This document shows positions 13,216 through 27,133 of a stretch of 64,000 bases of DNA, one piece after another. The translations under genes were made by a program, and so were the position numbers. The stretch lies in contig CP075497.1 in the NCBI GenBank assembly GCA_021613535.1, forward strand, positions 4,340,001-4,404,000, read 5' to 3'. Every line of letters begins with the position of its first letter. Position 1 is the stretch's first letter. The notes below the pieces were generated by a model. The model saw nothing but the letters and a program-made list of their open reading frames with translations, was not told the origin of the DNA and made no database searches. The DNA comes from Adineta vaga (lineage: Eukaryota; Animalia; Rotifera).

Positions 13216-14612
13216 ATGGCAGTAATCAGTTTTGGTTCGACAAACAACACTGAAAATGGTCAACGTCGTCGGAATGGCTTTTCATTACCATTGTATTATA
13301 TTCAAATACTCGCTTTTGTACTTATTCTATTTATTATTTTAATGAATTATCTAACATTATGTGTAAATATACCAACACATCCATGGCAATGGTTAAGTAT
13401 TGTGCTATCATCAGTGATTATTCTTCCATTTTCAGTTATTTTTATCGTCCTTATATTGAGTGATCCTGCTGAAGATGCAGTTAAAGATCAAAATCATGGA
13501 CCACGAACTGATTTCGATCGACGTTTACATCAACATGTAATAACAAATTTCTACTGTAATATATGTGATGCAAATGTAACGGAAAAAGCGAAACATTGTT
13601 CATCATGTAATAAATGTGTTTATGCATTTGATCATCATTGTATATGGCTTAATAATTGTATTGGTGGAAAAAACTATCGTCTTTTTCTTTCAATGTTAAT
13701 ATTACTTGTTATCGGAACATTATTTATTTTTATAAATAGTTTAATTCAATTTATTGCATCATTTCAAACTTCGTCTTCGGCAATTACTTTACAACCATAC
13801 TATTCTCCAGGTAATTCTATAGTAAAGAGGTATCTCTTGAAAAAGTATCGTATGATAGTTTATATTCATGTTGATAAAAATCACGATGACTGTTCCTAAT
13901 GTTTAAGTAGTTAGTACAAAGTTTCGTTTTTAAATAATGTTACTGAGAACTTAATTATTTCTCAAAAGCTGACTTACATTTACGATAAATCTGATGAAAA
14001 GAAAATGTAACGATTCAGTTAATTGAAAATAAGCATGAAAAACGGAATTTCTCAGGTTACTACGAATCGTTATCTAATATCTCTTTCGAATAAATCTGTA
14101 TTTGAAATTAGATCGATTTGCAATATTAATGATTCCATCATCTCGAATTGCATTTCAAGTTATATCAGCAATTGTAGCAGTGGTTTGTCTTGTTGCTCTT
14201 GGAATGACTGGATATCTACTTGGTTTTCATATTTTTCTATGTGAGTTGAAAAGAACTTTACCATCGGTTTCATGTGACCTTTTTTTTCTTCTTCAATCAT
14301 TAGGTTATCATGATATATCAACGTATGATTTTGTAATGCGACGAAGACATAATCGTACAATTGATCAAACAGTATCCCAATTCAATCAACTTGCTCAAAC
14401 TGCAAAAGAAGAACCGGCTCGTGCATCTAAATTTCTCCCGAAAAAAGTTGAAATTCTTTTGTTTTAAAATCTTTTAATTTCATTCTTTTCTTCTTTAGAA
14501 AATAAAAAATAATCAAATAGCAATTACAAATGGAAATGGTACAGTCTCCTATCGTCCAAATAATGATCATCAAAATGGACAAGTCTTCACTGTCGAAGAA
14601 AATTATGTATAA
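13216..14612 (+). CDS. DHHC palmitoyltransferase, ZDHHC1/11-like
   Basis: [10 protein letters not shown]...[31 protein letters not shown]...ISTYDF; 4 exons. Confidence 0.92.
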
Positions 14613-14918
14613 ATCATCAAAACATCGACATTGATTTCTTTCTAGTTCTTCTGTGTTTCCAATAGAATAATAATTTGCGATCTTTATCCATATGTCGTAA
14701 TATTAATCAACAATCTTATACTATTAATACATCATAACAAGATTCAAATGAATGAAAGTAATAGTAATGATGTGTAATTATAATTTCAACCGGTTTCTTT
14801 ATTTTTCTTTGTTGAATTGAATGTTATGATATTTGTTATTTGTTAAAAAATAAATGTGCTATGAAAACTATTGTGAATAACATAAACAAATAAATATATA
14901 TTACTTTTATTCTTACAG

Positions 14919-15573
14919 ATGTCTGAACATCAATTAGTTCTTTTGGATGCCATTGAAAAAGGACATACATCAATTCTTCTTAAATTACTACGAAATCATG
15001 TTAGTTTAGACTTTGCTGATATTTATGGTCGAACGCCATTGATGATTGTTCGTGGCTATTTTTTTCAAGTTTCTATTTAATAGAGAATCACAATTTTTCC
15101 TTTTTTCCTAGGCAGCAAAGTATGGTTGGAATGATATTACAAAAATTTTACTTGAACATATGAAAAATAAAGAAGTAAGTAAAGATCATGGAGGAAAAAC
15201 AGCATTACATTATGCAGCTGAAAGTTCACAATTACCGGTGAGAATCTCATTTGTACATACCAATCAAAATTGAATTGTATAGATCATCAAAATGTTATGT
15301 AAACGTGAAACGCCATCAATGACTATGTTAACAACAAAAACGAAACTAACACCATTGGATTATGCGCTTGGTAATGACGATATTTATCCATCATTGCACA
15401 AATATTCAAACGGTGGAGAAGTTAGTGGAGGTGATACAGATGAGGATGAGGAAGATACACCCATGCCTGGAATGTATGTGAAGCAAAAGAAGAAAAAGGG
15501 AAGTGGGAAGAAGAAAGGTGGCAAAAAATCAGGATCGAAAAAGAAGAAGAAAAGTGGAAAGAAGAAAAAATAA
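14919..15573 (+). CDS. Small ankyrin-repeat protein with acidic then Lys-rich C-terminus
   Basis: GRTPLMIAAKYG, GKTALHYAA, LTPLDYA; 3 exons; C-terminal KKKKSGKKKK. Confidence 0.82.
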
Positions 15574-15932
15574 AGGCTGATATTTTTATACATATTTTTT
15601 ATGTATTGTCTTCCAAATCTCAATAAAAATCGGATATAACTCATATATGTTCATTCAAAATGAATTTCATTCTCTTCAATCAAGATGTCGCCTCCATCTA
15701 GTGTCATTCATACAAATAATTTGGATGGTTATTGAATAGAAGACAAATTTGATGAATCATATTACCTCCCTCCATCATCATTCCTCTCCTCTCATCATAA
15801 TCACTTCTCTTTTATTGTTAGGTAAACTGTAAATAAACGATAAGATAATAAAACCATAGTTTTATTTCTATACTGACACAAAATTCTTGCTTTTTTAAAA
15901 TACTCTTTCTCTTCTACAGATAATTAATAAAT

Positions 15933-17799
15933 ATGACAGGGCGACTTCCAGCCTGCGTCATCGATAATGGTACTGGTTATACAAAATTAGGTTATGCTGG
16001 TAATAATGAACCACATTTTATCATTCCATCAGGTAAATAAATATTGTTTATTAGTATGAAAAACTAAAATTTATTTCTTTTTTTCAGCTATTGCTGTTCG
16101 TGAACGTCCTGGTGGTAGTCGAATTGGTCAATCAGGAGAAGATTTAGATTTTTTTATTGGAGATGAAGCATTTAGTGCTAAAGGTATAACGAAAAAAGAA
16201 AACGATTGAACAGAATTTTGTAAATTTTATTGAATACTTTTAGGTTATTCCATAAAATATCCTATTCGTCATGGTATTGTCGAAGATTGGGATCTGATGG
16301 AAAAATATTGGGAACATTGTTTATTTAAATATCTTCGTTGTGATCCAGGTTAGTGGAAATCTTCACTTTAAGAATTAATATATATTTGAATTTTGTTTTT
16401 TATCTATTGCAGAAGATCATCATTTTCTCTTGGTAAGTTGATATATTTGTATCGAATAGTTTAATCAAATTAGATACGTATTACTATAGACGGAACCGCC
16501 ATTGAATACACCAGAGAATCGAGAATATACAGCAGAAATTATGTTCGAATTATTTAATGTACCTGGCTTGTATATTGCTTTGCAAGTAAGTTGAAAATAT
16601 TTTCAATAGAATTGTTAATACATGGAATTCTATTTTAGGCTACATTAGCATTGTATGCATCATGGATTGCAAGTGATGTGAAAAATATGCTTACTGGTCT
16701 TGTTGTTGATTCAGGCGATGGTGTTACTCACGTTGTTCCTGTTGCTGATGGTTATCTTATAGGTATTTTCAATTCTTGACTTTTCTCATTTTCTTTCATC
16801 CATAACATGTCGATGAATTATTTAGGCAGTAGTATAAAACATATTCCGATATCTGGTCGTGATATAACTTATTTCGTTCAATCATTATTACGTGAAAGAG
16901 AACCAAATATTCCACCTGAACAATCATTAGAAACAGCGAAAGCAGTTAAAGTATAAATATTTCTCACTATTTCTTCCATTTCTATATATTGCAATCTTGT
17001 TTTAGGAACGTTATTGTTATGTGTGTCCAGATATTGCAAAAGAATTTTCTAAATATGATGAAGATCCACGAAAGAATTATTTGAAATTTTCAGGCGTTAA
17101 TTCGGTTACAAAACAACCTTTCAATGTCGATATTGGACATGAACGTTTTCTTGGACCGGAAATATTCTTCCATCCTGAAGTATGAAGATTGTGTTTTTCT
17201 ATTGGTCAATCAATCTACTAATGTTTTTATTCTAGTTTTCTAATCCAGAATATAATACATCACTATCGAAATTAATTGATGACATTATTCAAGATTGTCC
17301 TGTGGATGTTCGACGTAAACTTTACGGTGTATGTTGAAGAAATTTTCTGCTATGATAGTTAAATAATCCGATCGGATTTCTTTCTTTTAGAATATTGTTT
17401 TATCCGGTGGTAGTACAATGTTCAAAGGATTTGATAAACGTTTAAAACGTGATGTACAACGATTGGTTGATGGTCGACTTCGTGAATCCGAAGAACTTAG
17501 CAAACATAAAGTAAGTATTTTAGAAAGTTCGATAGGAAATCCCTTATAATCTTACTTTTTTTAGCCTGAACCTATCGATGTAAAAGTTGTCGCACATGCA
17601 ATGCAACGTTATGCTGTTTGGTTCGGTGGTAGTTTAGCTGCAAGCACAGTAAGAAATACAACTGAAATAAATCACTCATTATCATTACTATTGTTTTATC
17701 TTTTAGCCGAACTTTTACGAAGTTTGCCATACACGAAAAGAATATGAAGAAAAAGGTCCAAGCATTTGTCGTTACAATGCCGTCTTTAATCTTGTGTGA
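15933..17799 (+). CDS. ACTR3: Actin-related protein 3
   Basis: [66 protein letters not shown]. Confidence 0.97.
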
Positions 17800-18064
17800 A
17801 CAATACATATCTTTTTTGTTATTTGCTTTTTTCTCTTTTCCCTTTCTAACTTTCTACGGAATGAAGTTCTCTTTGTGTTCTTTTTCTTTGCCTCTTCTTT
17901 TACTTCATAGCTTGATCTTCCGTCGCATAGATTTATTCAGTTAAAAAAAAAGAAATTAGCATCGTTTTCTTTTGTGTTTGTTAACGGATGATCTCGCACT
18001 TATCTTCTTATCGCTTCTTTATATTTATACATTAAAAACAAAGCATTTTAAATAAAAATTTAAA

Positions 18065-19393
18065 CTAATATGTTGATTTGAAAGGATAAAGTTTTGTTTG
18101 TAATTTTTCATATGGAATAAGAAATGTTCGTTGTTGAAGAATACTTTGAGCTTGATGAAATGGAAACATGTATTCAATCGAACGATTCGTTGAACCGATT
18201 ATCGTTGGATAATTAATAAAAATATTCTTCGAATTATGAATAGGTGAAATATTGACAACAAAATTTGATTGAAATTCACAATTATTTAGTAGTGCACGAG
18301 TAATACGAACAATTATCATTGCTTTTGTCCAATGTGATCGAAGTTTAGAATGAATTGAAGTTTTCAAAGATTCTATTCGATTGAATTTTGAAGTAGAAGG
18401 AAGATTCGGCAATATAAGATATCTTGCTACAATCTTTTGACGAAAGAATAGATCAGTAATAAATGGTAATCGACGTTGAACATTTGTATATAGGGTTTCT
18501 TTGTTTTTTAGAATCTTTATTAAATTCCATTCTTCCGATTCTTGTTTTCTTGACACTACTAATTGATTTTCAGAACACGGTTTCGCTATTTTATTGATAT
18601 CTGTCTTTGAATAAATATCTGAACAACTAATTCCATCTACTGTTAAATGATCAGCTAAGATTGTTGTGCATGCATCACAATCTAATCCATTTCCTACTAT
18701 AGAAAATCCATTGACATGACCATGTATGTTTCCCATCTGTTCAAGTGTCGTTCTATGTGCATAAGCTGTATCAATACTTGCTCCAAGTCCAAATACTCGT
18801 CCAATGGGAAATTTACTAACACATGATGCAACATAAGTCATCAATTCATTTGGTTGTGTACAAACGATCAATGTGGCATGTGGTGAATATATACATACTT
18901 GAGAAACAACACTTTCAACAAGAGATGCATTGACTTGTATCCATGTCCATGTACTTTCATGTTCTATGAAAGAATGCACTCAAGAGAGCGATTTTGATTA
19001 GGAAGTCTACGCACCTAATTGATGATGTTGAACATTAATAATGATTATAATTGAATCCTTAGTTTCCCAATATGAATAAACCCGTTCCAAACGTACGTTA
19101 TTTCGATTCAATACAGCAGTTACTTGAAGATCATGAAGTATGGTACGAACATCTTCTTTTAAACAAATATCAAAGACTTTTATACTTTCAATTGATGTTG
19201 ATGGTCGATGAACAAGGAGTGCAGCAATAGATGAATAGGTCGTTTGATTAATACCAATAAATGTCATTTGAGCACAATAAGGTCGAGTTTGAATTGGAGA
19301 ATTTCGAATAAAAAGACGATTTTTAGTAGTAGACACTGAAGGATTAGGAGGAAAACAAGATGATGGATGTAGTTTCGATCGATGTTGCATCAT
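18065..19393 (-). CDS. Highly divergent LDH/MDH-fold protein, probably catalytically inactive; intron 19014-18964
   Basis: SPHATLIVCTQPNELMTYVAS...FPIGRVFGLGASIDTA aligns to LDH LVVSNPVDILTYVA..SGFPKNRVIGSGCNLDSAR. Confidence 0.7.
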
Positions 19394-19397
19394 TGAT

Positions 19398-19405
19398 TTT
19401 GGCGC
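19398..19405 (+). promoter_or_regulatory. E2F-like site (TTTGGCGC) in the LDH-like/PCNA divergent intergenic region
   Basis: Matches TTTSSCGC; PCNA is a classical E2F target in animals. Confidence 0.35.
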
Positions 19406-19711
19406 TTTTCATATTTGAATAGGGAATATATTTCTTCTTTACAGAACTTAGTGACATCTATGAAAGAGATCAACACACATACTTTCTATTGGTTTAATTA
19501 TGCCAATAGAATTTCAACGCAACACACAAAGGTACAAAGAAAGAAAGACTCGCCAACAATAAATTCGTCGACTATATGTCATTGCGTAGCTATGTTGCAA
19601 TTCATTTCATTTCATCTGTTTAAATTGTGATCATATTTCTAGATATTTTCATTCAGTATTTTTCTCGTCGAGTTATTCTATATTCATATTCTTTCCTTAT
19701 ACAAATCAATT

Positions 19712-20767
<1,056 letters not shown>

Positions 20768-20979
20768 GACAATGCCTATATGTCGAACAAATTTATATAT
20801 AAACTCGTCAGATGGATAATATTTTTCTTCTCTCTATTTTTTTGTTGTTGTTACTGTGTAATTGTATAAAGGAAAGAACATATTTTTCGATGTAGTAGAA
20901 TATTTTTCTTATTGAAATCATTCACTTATCATATATAACAATTGTCTTAATCTCTTTCGTGTTTTCAGATCTGATAAAA

Positions 20980-21849
20980 ATGAGTGACGCTGTAAGTTTA
21001 TCAAATTATTATGTAGCAAGAAAAAAAGAAAATTTATATTTCAATTACAGACAGGAACGAATGATGCTTCTAATAAACCCATAAAGGTTAACAAATGGGA
21101 AACAAATGCTGTTAAAAATGCACTAGATGATGCATGTAAAAAGGTAAAATTCGTTATGAGAAAGGCTAACTAACTTTTCTATGAATTATTTTCTAGTTTT
21201 TTAAAGAAACACTCAATTATACGGAGATTTATAGTTTAATGGATCGTCGTCTTTATATTTCATTTATAGCATGTTTAGTTTCGTTGTTTGCTCTCGTATA
21301 TGATTGGTTAAATCCATTTCCAAAATCTCGTTCGATTTTAATTATTTGTGTTATCTCGTAAGCGATAAATCTTCGTTTTTATGATTGAAATTTTCCTTTG
21401 TTTTAGTTATTTTACTCTTATGGGTATTCTTACATTCTACATGCAATTTATTGAAAGTGGTAAATTCTTTATTGGCAAACTTGGTAAATAATCTTTCCAA
21501 CATTCAAAAAGCGATGGGTAAATATTCTTCTTTTTTTAATTTAGTCGATAAAACTGGTATTGATCCTGGATCACGATGTACGTTAAGTTCAAAATTGAAA
21601 AAGTAAACAGATCTTAGACATAAATAATGCTTTTTCTTAACAATGAAACCTTCTAGATATGATGATAAATATGCTTTTACTTTGGAGTACAATGATGGTA
21701 AAGATAAATCAATGAATTCTTCAGGAGCATTCATTAGATCTGTTGGAAATTATTTTGATGAAAATGGTGTTTTATGTTACGATCGATTTACCAGTGATTT
21801 AAAAAACATCTATGATCAAGCACGATCAAATGCTCGAAAAGTGAAATAA
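20980..21849 (+). CDS. SPCS2: Signal peptidase complex subunit 2 (SPC25)
   Basis: KVNKWETNAVKNALDDA, PFPKSR, two TMs, SVGNYFDENG. Confidence 0.92.
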
Positions 21850-22113
21850 TCAAAAAGAAAAATCGATCTTTATCACCGTTATTCGTTGTGTTTTATGTCT
21901 CTAATAAACGATTTAAAACATCAATACTTTTTGTTTTTATTCTTAGAACTTATTTTCAGATAAATACTAAAAAACGAATAGATCGTCTCTGTTACATAAC
22001 AATATTCGCGCTACTTTCCTTCTGATAAATGAAAGATAAATCATGTTGAAAAAAACATGTATTTAAAAAAATTAATGAAAATCAAGAGAAAAAGAATCGA
22101 AATTCGTTGCAAT

Positions 22114-22635
22114 TTATCGTACAGATAAATTACGTTTATCGATTGTTGTCGTAACTAATCCAATTTTTCCATTCGATGTTTCAAATAATTTCGATTGTTG
22201 TACAAACCCATCTCCTTTCGGCATTGACGAAATATAATTTGATTCTTTCGTTGCTTGTTGACGTGCACGAATCAAAATTGGAACTGTTTTTAAACTTGCA
22301 ATAAGTTTTACTATAAGGCCAATTAAACAAAGTGTTTTAATAAGAATAAATATTGAACGTGGATCTGTATGAATTTCATAAGTTTCACAAACAATCGGTA
22401 CAATAGGTTTCTCTTTTGTTGTTGCAAATAGATTCCAAAACCAAGTGAAAATCGAATTTGTTTGATTAGTTCCTTGAGAAAAATCAATCGATGTTCGAAC
22501 AGATGGCATTGATGGTTTTGGACATTTCGAAGCGACAAGTGCTAATGATCGATAGCCATGTCGCATCCAATAATATTCACAATACGCACAAACCAAGCCA
22601 ATAAGAAGACAAATCATAAATAATTTATTTGTCAT
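22114..22635 (-). CDS. Intronless orphan membrane protein (2 hydrophobic segments, Cys-containing loop)
   Basis: 173-aa ORF with ATG, two hydrophobic helices and coding-like composition. Confidence 0.6.
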   Translation of the reverse strand: MTNKLFMICLLIGLVCAYCEYYWMRHGYRSLALVASKCPKPSMPSVRTSIDFSQGTNQTNSIFTWFWNLFATTKEKPIVPIVCETYEIHTDPRSIFILIKTLCLIGLIVKLIASLKTVPILIRARQQATKESNYISSMPKGDGFVQQSKLFETSNGKIGLVTTTIDKRNLSVR

Positions 22636-22802
22636 GATTTATTTGAGAGTAAAATAGGATATGAGATGAAGAGAAGATTTAGAAAAAGTTTTATCTACTT
22701 AACAACGAGAATGATTTGGAAAAAAGAAAATAACTAATGGCGCGAAAATTCAACATCTGTAACAAATCTTTCTTCGTTTTAGATCAATTTTTTTTAGAAA
22801 AC

Positions 22803-25800
22803 ATGAAAAAACGAATCTTACAGAATATCAGTCAAACAACAACCATAGAATCAACTGATCAAGTATGTAATTACGTAAATATTTTTTGAAAAAAGAAAAT
22901 TTTCGCATTGAATTTAGCCGGAAGATGCAGCGACAACAACACTTATTCTCGATAGTAAAAATCCATCAATCCCTCCTTCAACTCATAAAATTCGTCTTGT
23001 GGAAATTTCAACATCATATCGTCGTTTTACCGATTTTTCAAAACGTTTAAAAACATTAAAAACACTTCGAGAATATAATGAAACTCTTGGAGAATTCACT
23101 GACCGATTAATTCTCTTTCGTAATTGTATTGATGACTGTATCACGTAAATGAAATTCTACTATCTCTTTCAACATTCATTCAATTCAATTTTGATTTCTA
23201 TTTAGAATATTAATACAACATATTGTTGATACAACTGATTCATTAATTCAAATTGCTTTTATTAACACTTTAACAATTGTCGAACAGCGTTATTCAAACA
23301 GTTCAATCAAACATATTCATGAATTACTTGATATTGCTAAACAAACAAGTAAATCAAAAAACAAACTTTTCTTTCAATTTAATTCCTTTTCTCTACTCAT
23401 ACATAGAATCGATTAAGGTAGCTGGTGCTCTTCTTACATATTTTTCTATACTACCTGTATCAGCATTTCGAGATAAAGATGCATTCGTTCGTTATGCTAT
23501 TCAAGTAAATTTGCTAGAACATTTTTTTATTAGATTTATTTGTTAAAATTATTTAGTATTCAACAAATATTCATGTTCGTGTACAATTATGTGCATTTAA
23601 ATTACTTGGTAATCTAGGCCGTCTTTCTGATCTTGATGAATCACTGAAATTAACAATTATTAATAAATTATTACAAGCTATTGATCATGATGATGCACGT
23701 GTTCGAGCTGAATCATTACGAACGATTGTAAAAGATCTCTTTATGATTGTTAATATCAGTTTTCTATTGAATGAATTTAGGTTGATTTATTTAAATGTAA
23801 AGTTGGATTAGATCCTAAACATTATAGTTCATTTGTCGAATGTTTACAAGATTATTATCCCGAAGTGCGTTTAGCTGCATGTGAAGCATTATTTCTTCTT
23901 GGTATCAATGCACCAGATAGGTATTGAACGAAAGAACTGTTTTCTTTCTTTGAAATTCGATCTTTTTTTAGTCCTGTTCCATCGAGTTTATCAACTGATG
24001 AATCGTCAAAACTAATTAATCAAATATTTCGTGTGATTTGTGATTTAACTAATGATGAAGCAAAAAGTGTTCGAGTTCAAGCAATGAAAATGATTGTAAA
24101 TATTTCCATTACATCAAGAAAAAAGTATAGAACCAATTTTCTATATTTTTAGGGACAATTATGTCGAAATGGAGTTGATATTAATTTAATTCATCAAACT
24201 CTTGATAAAAAACTTCTACGAGTAAAATCTAATGAAACTTTGTTGTCTTTTTTTTGCTGAGATTTTATCGTTTCTATTAGATTACAAAAAAGAAAGCTTT
24301 TATTGCTAAAGTTGAACAATTAGACAGTGAAACGGATGATATTACTGTGCATGATGTTACTGTCGATGCTCAATCGGCATCTATTACATCCATAGGTCCT
24401 TGTGGTGCATTAATCAGTGGACTTGAAGATGAATTTTCAGGTTAATATAAATTATAAGGATTCTATTCAATGTTTACATACGAATTCATTTTCAGATGTT
24501 CGTGCTGCAGCTATTGATTCTTGTTATGATATTTCTTGTTGTTACGATGTATTTCAATCGAAACTTGTGGAATATATTGTTTCCATGTTTGATGATGATA
24601 TTGAACATGTTCGATTACAAGCAATGCGTATATTAGGTAAAATAGCTCAAGGACGTGTATTACGTGGCGAACAAGTATTATCCATTCTCACAGAATTACT
24701 TGTATGTTTATGAAAATCAAGAATTAATTGATATAAAGGATTTATTTTAGAGCCGTTCGTATGATATTCGTTCAGCACTTCATGATGTTTTAAGAGTTGT
24801 ACGTATTGGTGATCCAGATACATTATTTAAATTATTTCATCGTCTTGTGGAAAATATTCAACGATTTAAAACCGATACTCATTCTGTTCTAAGGTTAGAT
24901 AAGAATTTTTTCTAATCATTGCGATATTTGTCAATATTTCTATGTAGATGTTTAAGAGAATTAGGACAGAATAATAGTGCATTTATTGCACTTCTTCTAC
25001 CAAAATTATTACCAATGCATAGTTATTTAGATGTTCAAGAACCACAATTTTCCAAAATTGATCGTTTGTATCGATGAGAAAGTTCGCAAGGAAGTTCTAA
25101 TTCTTTCTCTTTCTCTAGATACTTGTGCATTAATTGTGGTATTAAATGCTACTCTACATCATCCTTCAATCATTTCTATTCTTCCTGATTACGTTTTTCG
25201 ACATTATCGGTATCTAAGAACGAAAGAACCTGATCTCACACCAAATCTTGAAACGGTAATCTTTACTAAGAAACGAATTGTAACAATGAAATAGTTTTGT
25301 AATTCTTTTCATTTAGAATTTTTCTCTTAATCAACTAACCACAACATTCAATGCTGATTCTTCCCTTCCAGTTACTATTCCATCATCACATGATGTATTT
25401 GAACGTATTTTAAAACTTTCTGAACAAAGTCAAGATCTTCATGCAAGTGATAGGCAAAAATTCTATCGAAATCTTGCTACGTATGTTCATATTTACTTTT
25501 GTCCATATCAAACAATTCTTTTCATCTTTCGTTCAGAGAACTACACAAAGTTGCCGAAATGGATATTAATCTTCTCGCTATATCCGAATGTATATCACTC
25601 TATTACCAAGTACTTGCTATTATAACTTATCAATGCAATACACGAACTTGTCTAAAGGTTTATTGAATTGATTTCGACGAAAAAAATAGCTTCACTATTT
25701 TCTTCTTCAAGGCATTATCTATATGTAAACGTTTATTAACTGTATTTCATGGTTATTCCAAAGATCAATTATTTATATTTCAACAATTACATCTCTATTG

Positions 25801-26851
25801 TCATTTACTTCTGATTTCCCTTCAAACAAAACTAACAACAAATGCTCGTCAACGTTGTTATAAACATATTCAATGGCATCGAGAAAAAATGAAAGATAAT
25901 CAAATTGAAATCGATATGGATGAAAAATTACTTTATACAAATTTAATTACGTATGCACAAAAATTTATGACTAAAATATCTCAACATGCTACATTCAAGA
26001 AAACAAATTTTATCAAAGCAAACGATTCTATTCGTATGATATCTGTGACATTTCTCGAACCCGAATCTGATATTGAACAAGTTTTGGAATTTCTACCTGG
26101 TCTATCAGTATCTATACCTTGTCTAATGAATGCAAAGAATCTTGATCGACAACGAACAATCAATATTAAAGTATCTGTTGTTCAAAATAATTTAAATTTC
26201 TAATTTTTTTCAATAGGTTACTTATACAGATGGACAATCTTGTTTATTACCAATCACGGATGATAATATTCGAACATTAACAGAAGATAATTCATTACGT
26301 ATTGATTCTAAAATAACATTTTCACATCAACATTGGCTTCGTAAGAATTAATTCAATAGAGAACAAAAAAAGCATCTTCAAACCTTTCTTTTAGGTCCAA
26401 ATTATGCATCATTTTCTGTTGTATTATTTCCATTACGTTCTCAATGTTTTGTGATGGATCCAAATGATGAATATATTGAAATAACTAAACCAATTCGTGC
26501 TTTACTTCATCCAAAATATCTTCGACATCGTTCACGAAAGAAACATAGTGTCGACGAAAAAACTCCGCTAACAACAACAACAGTTGCACGATTAGAAATA
26601 GGTAGGTTGAAAATATCATAACAGATATGAATAACTCATCTTTGAAATATTCTATCCTAGATATGGGTGATGATGATAATGATGAACACGAAACTGAATG
26701 GCTAGATGAAACTGGTGTTGATGAAGAAGAAACTGGACATATCGATGATGATGAATCAGAAATGGATATTAGTCAAGATGAAGAACAAATTGATTATGTG
26801 GAACGAAGAACAACAGCTGATAGTGATGATGATGATGATATGACACATTAA
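22803..26851 (+). CDS. INTS4: Integrator complex subunit 4 (HEAT repeats), multi-exon
   Basis: CGALISGLEDEFSDVRAAAIDS...MFDDDIEHVRLQA, TLDKKL, FRHYRYLR...PDL, YTDG; acidic tail. Confidence 0.88.
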
Positions 26852-27133
26852 AAAAATGTTCGTTAGATTTTTATTATCCATGTTTGTGTTTCGTTCTCTC
26901 TCTCTTTTTTTGTGTATATTGCATTTGTATGTATTAATGTTTTTTCTTTATGAATCTTTCTAGAAAAAAGTAAACGTTTACATAATTACACGATTGAATA
27001 TTGTTGTTTTTTTTATGTATCACCATCGAGGACAGATGTTTGATTGATTTGTAAAATAAAAACATTCGTGTTTACTCAATATCCTTTTCCCTTCTATTTA
27101 CTTTTGTTTGCTTCATTTTAGATTGAAAGAAAT

